IMG/VR virus record: IMGVR_UViG_2681813264_000007
Reading direction: 5' to 3' (one strand)
Source: a virus
Lineage: Duplodnaviria; Heunggongvirae; Uroviricota; Caudoviricetes
Length of the DNA stretch: 4,828 nt
The notes below the pieces were generated by a model, which saw nothing but the letters and a program-made list of their open reading frames with translations, was not told the origin of the DNA and made no database searches. Of the stretch, positions 1 to 4,828 are shown in pieces; the stretch's first letter is position 1; each line of letters starts with the position of its first letter. The position numbers and the translations under genes were made by a program.

Positions 1-184
1 CACAGCTTACGAACCTGAGGAGTAAGAGACCAGGCGGGGGAGAAATCCCTCGCCACCTCTGATGGGTCAGGCATCCTCAATGCACCCACACCGGAATAGA
101 ATCAAAAATACTTAAGTAGCGCGCAGGGAGAAGAGGGATGGACCCCGAACAGGGGAGTGCTATTTATCTGGAAGGATTCTGTTG

Positions 185-466
185 ATGAAAATCGAAGAAT
201 TACGTGAAATTTTTAGTGAAGATGGCCTCTATACTGTGCGCGTTGAGAATGGCGCTATTGTCAGCCACTGCCTTCCAGACTACACAATTCTGATAATTCA
301 GCCGTCTTTGCCAGCAGGCACGGGCGGCGCTCTCACGCATTTAAATCTGATTGGTACCAGCATCCCCCATGCACTGAAGAACAGGCCGAATGGCTCATTC
401 AGTGTTACCGCAGGCGCGGATGCGAGGTTAAAAAAGCCCTTAGCCTCGACTACCGTCACTGGATAA
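185..466 (+). CDS. Hypothetical small protein (93 aa), first gene of the DUF968-rusA-Q cluster
   Basis: ATG at 185 sits 7 nt after a strong SD, GGAAGGA (171-177); the track's TTG at 182 is the same frame. About 32% of codons start with G, which is coding-like. Stop TAA at 464-466. No motif recognised. Same frame as the next gene, separated by a single stop. Confidence 0.5.
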   Translation: MKIEELREIFSEDGLYTVRVENGAIVSHCLPDYTILIIQPSLPAGTGGALTHLNLIGTSIPHALKNRPNGSFSVTAGADARLKKPLASTTVTG

Positions 467-541
467 TCTCCGTCAGGCTCCCTTACTCCGAACGGCCAAC
501 GCGTCCGTCCCGCACATTCCAGCAACGGATCTGGAGGTAAT

Positions 542-1600
542 GTGCGGGTATTACTTCGACCTGTTCTGGTACCGGAACTCGGTCTGGTTATCGTTAAGCC
601 AGGCCGTGAATCAATGTCAGCATTCCATAACGGCAGAATACTGGTGGAGCCGGAACCAAAAAGCATGCGTAATCTGCCGTCCGGGGTCGTTCCTGCCGCT
701 CGCCAGCCGCTGGTGGAAGACAAAACATTGCTGCCGTTTTTCAGTAACGCACGGGTGATTCGTGCTGCTGGTGGTGCTGGTGCATTGTCTGACTGGCTGT
801 TGCGCCATATTAAATCCTGCCAGTGGCCACACGGCGATTATCATCACAGCGAAACCGTCATTCACCGTTATGGTACCGGCGCAATGGTGTTGTGCTGGCA
901 CTGCGACAACCAGCTGCGTGACCAGACATCCGAATCACTCGAGCAACTTGCTCATCAAAACCTGTCAGCATGGATGATTGACGTCATCGGTCACGCAATA
1001 AGCGGTACGCAGGAGCGTGAATTATCTCTGGCTGAATTATCCTGGTGGGCGGTCCGCAATCAGGTGGCGGACGCGCTACCGGAAGCGGTATTACGTCGTT
1101 CGCTGGGGTTGCGTGCGGAAAAAATTCGCTCTGTGTACAGTGAAAGCGACATCATACCGGGAGAGCAGACAGCCACCAGCATACTGAAGCAGCGCACAAA
1201 AAATATTGCGTTACTGCCTCACGTCCACCAGCAACAGAACCCACCACAGGAAAAGACGGTGGTCAGCATTGCCGTTGATCCGGAGTCACCGGCTCAGTAT
1301 CTCCAGCGCCAGAAATCACAACGGGAAGAGATGCCTGTATACACGCGCTGGGTAAAAACGCAGAAATGCATGACGTGTGGCAATCAGGCAGATGATCCGC
1401 ATCACATCATTGGTCATGGACTGGGAGGGATGGGAACAAAGGCTGATGATTTGTTTGTTATTCCGTTATGCCGTAAATGCCGTAACGAACTACATGCCGG
1501 AGTAAAAGATTTTGAAGAGAAACACGGCAGTCAGCTGTTGTTGCTGATTCGTTTTTTAATGCACGCGAGAAATTCGGGTGTTCTGAAGTGGAAAGCATAA
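542..1600 (+). CDS. DUF968 / YdfU-like prophage protein with two NinG-type Cys/His (HNH-like zinc) modules; putative DNA-processing enzyme
   Basis: 352-aa ORF. The C-terminal motif CMTCGNQADDPHHIIGHGLGGMGTKADDLFVIPLCRKCRNELH is characteristic of the NinG/YbcO/DUF968 group, and an N-terminal module CQWPHGDYHHSETVIHRYGTGAMVLCWHCDNQL is related. GTG start at 542 follows GGAGG (533-537); an ATG at 614 is an alternative, so the start is uncertain. Stop TAA 1598-1600 abuts the rusA ATG. Confidence 0.8.
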   Translation: MRVLLRPVLVPELGLVIVKPGRESMSAFHNGRILVEPEPKSMRNLPSGVVPAARQPLVEDKTLLPFFSNARVIRAAGGAGALSDWLLRHIKSCQWPHGDYHHSETVIHRYGTGAMVLCWHCDNQLRDQTSESLEQLAHQNLSAWMIDVIGHAISGTQERELSLAELSWWAVRNQVADALPEAVLRRSLGLRAEKIRSVYSESDIIPGEQTATSILKQRTKNIALLPHVHQQQNPPQEKTVVSIAVDPESPAQYLQRQKSQREEMPVYTRWVKTQKCMTCGNQADDPHHIIGHGLGGMGTKADDLFVIPLCRKCRNELHAGVKDFEEKHGSQLLLLIRFLMHARNSGVLKWKA

Positions 1601-1981
1601 ATGACCGAGCGCATAGAATTTGTTTTACCTTACCCGCCGACGGTGAACACTTACTGGCGTCGTCGTGGCAGCACATATTTTGTATCAAAAGCCGGTGAGC
1701 GTTATCGCCGTGATGTGGCGCTTATTGTTCGCCAGCAGCGGCTGAAATTAAGCCTGTCCGGAAGGTTGGCAATAAAAATTATTGCAGAACCACCGGATAA
1801 GCGCCGCCGTGACCTGGACAATATTCTGAAAGCGCCGCTGGATGCGCTGACGCATGCGGGGTTGCTAATGGACGATGAGCAGTTTGATGAAATCAATATC
1901 GTTCGTGGTCAGCCAGTATCTGGTGGACGTCTGGGGGTGAAGATTTACCCCATAATGCATGAAGAGCAGGTCAAAAAATGA
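1601..1981 (+). CDS. rusA: Crossover junction endodeoxyribonuclease RusA (Holliday junction resolvase)
   Basis: 126 aa. The N-terminal LPYPPTVNTYWRRRG and the acidic catalytic segment PDKRRRDLDNILKAPLDALT match the RusA family signature (E. coli RusA is about 120 aa). The start ATG directly follows the upstream stop (TAAATG) and the stop overlaps the next start (ATGA). Confidence 0.9.
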   Translation: MTERIEFVLPYPPTVNTYWRRRGSTYFVSKAGERYRRDVALIVRQQRLKLSLSGRLAIKIIAEPPDKRRRDLDNILKAPLDALTHAGLLMDDEQFDEINIVRGQPVSGGRLGVKIYPIMHEEQVKK

Positions 1982-2797
1982 AACTGGAAGATTTACCGAA
2001 ATACTACTCCCCAAAATCCCCCGGCCTGACTGATGCATCGGCCTCAACGTCGAAAGATGCGCTGAGTATCACTGATGTGATGGCCGCGCAGGGCATGACA
2101 CAGAATCGGGCTGAGATGGGGGTTTCTGCGTTCCTTGGGAAAATGGGCATTAGTATGAATGACAGAGAGCGGGCAACAGAATTGCTGACAGAATATGCAC
2201 TCAGTCGGTGTGATCGCGTGGCGGCGTTAAGAAAACTCCCGGCAGAAATAAAACCGGCAGTGATGCGTATTATGGCTTCGTATGCGTTTGAAGATTATGC
2301 CCGTAGCGCGGCGAGCAAAAAACAGTGCCCCTGCTGTCACGGAAAAAAATTTATTGAAAGCGAGGTTTTTACAAACAAGATCCAGTATCCGGATGGTAAG
2401 CCGCCGGTATGGGCAAAGTGTACGAAAGGTGTGTATCCGTCTTACTGGGAAGAATGGAAAAAAGTCAGGGAGGTGGTAAAAGTTGCCTGTCCGGAGTGTG
2501 GCGGAAAGGGTGAGGTTTCCACCGCCTGTAAGGATTGCCGTGGGCGTGGTGTCGCCATTCATCGTGAAGAGTCGGTAAAACGTGGTATGCCTGTTATCAG
2601 AGACTGCCAGCGTTGTGGTGGTCGTGGCTATGAAAGACTACCATCAACGGAGGCATTTAATGCTATATGCGAGGTGACAAACCAGATAACACGCGCGTCA
2701 TGGGAAAAAACAGTTAAGAAATTTTATGATGCGCTGGTGACCCGGTTTGATATTGAAGAAGCATGGGCTGAGCGGCAGTTAAAAAAGGTAACTAGGT
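1978..2797 (+). CDS. Late-gene antitermination protein Q (QuuQ/phage-21-82-like family), 3' end truncated by the N-run
   Basis: At least 273 aa, with four CxxC pairs in DnaJ-like CxxCxGxG spacing (CPCCHGKK, CPECGGKG, CKDCRGRG, CQRCGGRG). It sits immediately downstream of rusA and upstream of a tR'-like terminator and the late-region cargo, which is the canonical Q position. The ORF enters the N-run, so the true stop is unknown; the track's end at 2904 is an artefact of translating N as X. Confidence 0.7.
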
Positions 2798-2839
2798 NNN
2801 NNNNNNNNNNNNNNNNNNNNNNNNNNNNNNNNNNNNNNN
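2798..2839. other. Run of 42 ambiguous bases (assembly gap or masked sequence)
   Basis: Directly visible as n characters. The true length and content are unknown. By lambdoid gene order the Q stop codon, the late promoter PR' and the qut site are expected here. Confidence 1.
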
Positions 2840-2876
2840 ATGGGCGTTTTATGCCTGACGTTAGAAGAGTTTCTAC

Positions 2877-2902
2877 AACCCGCCGCCGAGCGGGTTTTTT
2901 AT
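2877..2902 (+). terminator. Rho-independent terminator, tR'-like (late-operon terminator subject to Q antitermination)
   Basis: GC-rich stem CCCGC (2879-2883) pairing with GCGGG (2890-2894), 6-nt loop, then TTTTTT (2895-2900). Positioned just downstream of Q, as tR' is in lambdoid phages. Confidence 0.65.
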
Positions 2903-3020
2903 GACTGAAATCGCGTCAGTACAGTAAACGCGCTGGTGGCGGTGAATACCTGTCTTTCAGCTTGCTGGCTTTTTCGACAAGAGTTATTGGTGTGTCACGT
3001 TAACCGGAAAAGGAAAAGAC

Positions 3021-3218
3021 ATGCTAAAACAGCAGGATATGACAGAAACCGCCAGAGTGGTGTTTAATGAATTAAGCGTTACCGAACCGGCGACAGTCGG
3101 GGAGATAGCGCAGAATACTTACCTTTCACGCGAACGCTGCCAGTTAATACTGACTCAGCTTGTTATGGCGGGTCTGGCAGATTATCAGTTCGGTTGTTAC
3201 AGACGCCTTCCGCAGTGA
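3021..3218 (+). CDS. Small winged-helix-like DNA-binding protein (65 aa), hypothetical regulator
   Basis: Good SD, AGGA (3011-3014), 6 nt before ATG 3021. The segment TVGEIAQNTYLSRERCQLILTQLVMAGLA has the hydrophobic/Gly pattern of small wHTH regulators (AsnC-N-terminal, PapI/FaeA-like). Family assignment is by pattern only. The stop TGA lies inside a terminator hairpin. Confidence 0.55.
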   Translation: MLKQQDMTETARVVFNELSVTEPATVGEIAQNTYLSRERCQLILTQLVMAGLADYQFGCYRRLPQ

Positions 3219-3230
3219 AGGCTTTTTTAT
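3205..3230 (+). terminator. Rho-independent terminator overlapping the stop codon of the 65-aa ORF
   Basis: Stem GCCTTC (3205-3210) pairing with GAAGGC (3217-3222), loop CGCAGT, then TTTTTT (3223-3228). Confidence 0.6.
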
Positions 3231-3245
3231 TTGTGGTAAATGGGC

Positions 3246-3276
3246 GGCTGGTGGGTGTTAGGGGCACCCACCAGCC
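3246..3276. repeat. Perfect 12-bp inverted repeat with 7-nt loop, carrying a Chi octamer in each arm
   Basis: GGCTGGTGGGTG (3246-3257), loop TTAGGGG, CACCCACCAGCC (3265-3276). GCTGGTGG is on the + strand at 3247-3254 and on the - strand at 3268-3275. No T-tract follows, so it is not a classical terminator. Confidence 0.9.
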
Positions 3277-3317
3277 ATCTGCTCATGCGTTGGGTTCACA
3301 AGCAAACCTCAGGCCCA

Positions 3318-3336
3318 CTGCTTTGCGCAAAAGCAG
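3318..3336. repeat. Second hairpin / near-palindrome in the methyltransferase leader
   Basis: CTGCTTT (3318-3324) pairs with AAAGCAG (3330-3336) around the loop GCGCA. The core TTTGCGCAAA (3322-3331) is a perfect DNA palindrome. Confidence 0.7.
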
Positions 3337-3368
3337 AATGAGCCTATCAGAGACAGGCTTAATGATCC

Positions 3369-4427
3369 ATGCTTAATACTGTAAAAATATCCAGTTGTGA
3401 GTTAATCAACGCCGACTGCCTGGAATTTATCCGGTCGTTACCCGAAAATTCTGTTGACCTGATAGTCACGGACCCGCCGTACTTTAAAGTGAAGCCTGAG
3501 GGCTGGGATAACCAGTGGAAGGGCGACGATGATTACCTGAAGTGGCTGGACCAGTGTCTGGCGCAGTTCTGGCGGGTACTGAAGCCTGCCGGAAGTCTTT
3601 ACCTGTTCTGTGGTCATCGCCTGGCATCTGATATCGAAATCATGATGCGTGAACGCTTCAGTGTGCTGAACCATATTATCTGGGCGAAGCCGTCCGGACG
3701 CTGGAACGGATGCAACAAGGAAAGCCTGCGGGCGTATTTCCCCGCCACAGAGCGCATTCTGTTCGCGGAACATTATCAGGGGCCGTATCGTCCGAAAGAT
3801 GCCGGGTATGCGGCGAAGGGCAGTGCACTGAAACAGCATGTGATGGCCCCGCTGATTTCTTACTTTCGTGATGCGCGAGCTGCCCTGGGGATAACGGCAA
3901 AACAGATTGCAGATGCCACAGGAAAGAAAAACATGGTGTCGCACTGGTTCAGTGCCGGTCAGTGGCAGTTGCCGAATGAAAGCGATTATCTGAAATTACA
4001 GGCGCTGTTTGCCCGGGTGGCAGAAGAGAAGCATCGGCGTGGTGAACTGGAAAAGCTCCACCACCAGCTGGTGGATACGTATACCTCACTGAACCGGCAG
4101 TATGCGGAGCTGCTGAGTGAATATAAACATCTGCGGCGGTATTTTGGCGTGACGGTGCAGGTGCCGTATACCGATGTGTGGACGCATAAACCGGTGCAGT
4201 TCTATCCCGGGAAACATCCGTGCGAAAAACCGGCAGAAATGCTGCAGCAGATAATCAGCGCTAGCAGTCGTCCGGGTGACCTGATTGCAGATTTTTTCAT
4301 GGGGTTGGGTTCGACAGTGAAAGCGGCACTGGCGCTCGGGCGTCGTGCAATTGGCGTTGAGCTGGAGACTGAACGTTTTGAGCAGACGGTTCGGGAAGTA
4401 CAGGATTTAGTCAGCCAGAACGGATGA
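3369..4427 (+). CDS. DNA methyltransferase, beta-class N6-adenine/N4-cytosine amino-MTase (N6_N4_Mtase fold), apparently orphan
   Basis: 352 aa. The catalytic DPPY motif lies near the N-terminus (VDLIVTDPPYF, nt 3471-3482) and the AdoMet-binding FxGxG motif near the C-terminus (DLIADFFMGLGSTV). Motif IV before motif I defines the beta permutation. A roughly 130-aa variable region between them is the presumed target-recognition domain. No restriction endonuclease gene is adjacent. Confidence 0.9.
   Translation: MLNTVKISSCELINADCLEFIRSLPENSVDLIVTDPPYFKVKPEGWDNQWKGDDDYLKWLDQCLAQFWRVLKPAGSLYLFCGHRLASDIEIMMRERFSVLNHIIWAKPSGRWNGCNKESLRAYFPATERILFAEHYQGPYRPKDAGYAAKGSALKQHVMAPLISYFRDARAALGITAKQIADATGKKNMVSHWFSAGQWQLPNESDYLKLQALFARVAEEKHRRGELEKLHHQLVDTYTSLNRQYAELLSEYKHLRRYFGVTVQVPYTDVWTHKPVQFYPGKHPCEKPAEMLQQIISASSRPGDLIADFFMGLGSTVKAALALGRRAIGVELETERFEQTVREVQDLVSQNG
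4061..4074. repeat. 14-bp perfect palindrome CCACCAGCTGGTGG containing Chi on both strands, inside the methyltransferase CDS
   Basis: Direct reading: CCACCAGC (4061-4068, Chi on - strand) overlaps GCTGGTGG (4067-4074, Chi on + strand). It encodes the H-Q-L-V-D stretch of the methyltransferase. Confidence 0.9.
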
Positions 4428-4429
4428 TA

Positions 4430-4458
4430 TTGAAGAATTAATTACGCGTCGTTATTAT
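4430..4458 (+). promoter_or_regulatory. Candidate sigma70 promoter for the tRNA cluster
   Basis: TTGAAG (4430-4435), 17-bp spacer, TATTAT (4453-4458), then a GC-rich discriminator GCGGCTCC. The predicted start lies a few nt before the first tRNA at 4468. Motif-based only. Confidence 0.45.
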
Positions 4459-4467
4459 GCGGCTCCC

Positions 4468-4543
4468 GGCCCTTTAGCTCAGTGGTGAGAGCGAGCGACT
4501 CATAATCGCCAGGTCGCTGGTTCAAATCCAGCAAGGGCCACCA
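4468..4543 (+). tRNA. ileZ: tRNA with CAT anticodon, most likely tRNA-Ile2 (lysidine, AUA-reading; ileX/ileZ-like) rather than tRNA-Met
   Basis: Manual cloverleaf: acceptor GGCCCTT pairs with AAGGGCC; D-arm GCTC/GAGC; anticodon loop CTCATAA (CAT at 4501-4503); T-arm GCTGG-TTCAAAT-CCAGC; discriminator A; encoded CCA. The anticodon arm GCGACTCATAATCGC resembles E. coli ileX. The symbol is by analogy with the ileZ-argN-argO trio of Stx phages and is tentative. Confidence 0.8.
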
Positions 4544-4550
4544 TCACATA

Positions 4551-4627
4551 CCGCCATTAGCTCATCAGGAAAGAGCGCCAGCCTTCGAAGCTGGCTGCGC
4601 GGGGTTCAAGTCCCCGATGGCGGTCCA
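4551..4627 (+). tRNA. argN: tRNA-Arg, anticodon TCG (reads CGA/CGG)
   Basis: Manual cloverleaf: acceptor CCGCCAT pairs with ATGGCGG (C1:G72); D-arm GCTC/GAGC; anticodon stem CCAGC/GCTGG with loop CTTCGAA (TCG at 4585-4587); T-arm CGGGG-TTCAAGT-CCCCG; discriminator T; encoded CCA. The symbol is by positional analogy only. Confidence 0.75.
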
Positions 4628-4640
4628 TTATCTGCATCAT

Positions 4641-4717
4641 GCGTTGTTAGCTCAGCCGGACAGAGCAATTGCCTTCTAAGCAATCGGTCACTGGTTCGAA
4701 TCCAGTACAACGCGCCA
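4641..4717 (+). tRNA. argO: tRNA-Arg, anticodon TCT (reads AGA/AGG; argU-like)
   Basis: Manual cloverleaf: acceptor GCGTTGT pairs with ACAACGC; D-arm GCTC/GAGC; anticodon stem ATTGC/GCAAT with loop CTTCTAA (TCT at 4675-4677); T-arm ACTGG-TTCGAAT-CCAGT; discriminator G; encoded CCA. Resembles E. coli argU. The symbol is by positional analogy only. Confidence 0.8.
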
Positions 4718-4731
4718 CACTTATTTTCCCT

Positions 4732-4757
4732 GGCTCGCTTTTGCGGGCCTTTTTTTT
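4732..4757 (+). terminator. Rho-independent terminator after the tRNA cluster
   Basis: Stem GGCTCGC (4732-4738) pairs with GCGGGCC (4743-4749) with one G-U pair, loop TTTT, followed by eight T (4750-4757). Confidence 0.7.
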
Positions 4758-4828
4758 AAATGTCTCACAATTCAGACGGTTGACAGTTGTCTGTTTTGCG
4801 GGGAGTTTGTTAAAAGAAACTGGCATGG

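Noticed and set aside
33-54. Hairpin GGCGGGGGA-GAAA-TCCCTCGCC (9-bp stem with one G-U pair, GNRA loop) at the left edge
   Set aside because: No T-tract follows and there is no flanking context (the window starts at 1), so I cannot distinguish a gene 3' end structure, an RNA element or chance.
430-540. In-phase -1 slippery heptamer A-AAA-AAG (430-436) near the end of ORF 185-466, with a 34-codon -1 frame extension to TAA 538-540
   Set aside because: The heptamer is the classic dnaX/IS-type shift site and is in the correct phase. The -1 frame extension has poor coding signature, though: only about 4 of 34 codons start with G, and it contains ATA, AGG and CGG. I also could not find a convincing downstream stem-loop or a properly spaced upstream SD-like stimulator. 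Kept as a note; mass spectrometry or a frameshift reporter would settle it.
540-977. Alternative + strand ORFs 540-758 and 762-977
   Set aside because: Out of frame with, and wholly inside, the 352-aa DUF968 ORF, which carries the conserved motifs. The Cys/Trp-rich translations are atypical.
298-2562. Minus-strand ORFs in the left half (298-723, 617-901, 1458-1688, 1702-1896, 1865-2047, 2227-2562)
   Set aside because: Each lies antisense to a + strand gene with recognisable motifs (DUF968, RusA, Q). The translations are low-complexity (S/T/G/R/P-rich), with no RBS or recognisable motif. They are most likely antisense artefacts of the coding strand.
2798-2904. Extension of the Q ORF to 2904
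   Set aside because: It exists only because N was translated as X. The reading frame across the gap is unknowable, and the post-gap sequence is a terminator hairpin.
3194-3376. 60-aa ORF spanning the wHTH-to-methyltransferase spacer
   Set aside because: It covers a terminator and two palindromic hairpins and starts inside the preceding gene, with no RBS. The spacer is better explained as structured non-coding sequence.
3438-3944. Minus-strand ORFs 3438-3944 and 3676-3900
   Set aside because: Entirely inside the methyltransferase CDS on the opposite strand, with no motifs, so they are treated as shadow ORFs.
4780-4808. Consensus -35 hexamer TTGACA (4780-4785) after the tRNA terminator
   Set aside because: No acceptable -10 at 16-18 bp spacing (GAGTTT at 4803-4808 is poor), and the window ends before any downstream gene.
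1-4828. CRISPR arrays, IS elements, integrase or att sites, restriction endonuclease
   Set aside because: No direct repeats with spacers, no transposase or integrase-like ORFs and no terminal inverted repeats were seen. Nothing partners the methyltransferase as a nuclease within this window.

Overview
This window reads as the nin-to-late-gene junction of a lambdoid (Stx-phage-like) prophage of an enterobacterium, with all supported genes on the + strand. In order: a small hypothetical ORF (185-466); a DUF968/YdfU-like protein with NinG-type zinc/HNH-like motifs (542-1600); the RusA Holliday-junction resolvase (1601-1981); and a Q-type late antiterminator (1978 to at least 2797) whose 3' end runs into a 42-nt run of N (2798-2839) that probably also hides the late promoter and qut site. 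After the gap come a tR'-like intrinsic terminator, a 65-aa winged-helix-like ORF with its own terminator, a structured 150-bp spacer, a beta-class (DPPY) amino-DNA methyltransferase (3369-4427), a promoter, three tRNAs (anticodons CAT, TCG, TCT, all reading codons rare in E. coli) and a terminator. The most unusual signal is nine exact Chi octamers (GCTGGTGG) in 4.8 kb, including two palindromes that place Chi on both strands. No restriction endonuclease, CRISPR array or transposase is visible. Protein identifications rest on motifs I could read in the translations and on gene order, not on database searches.
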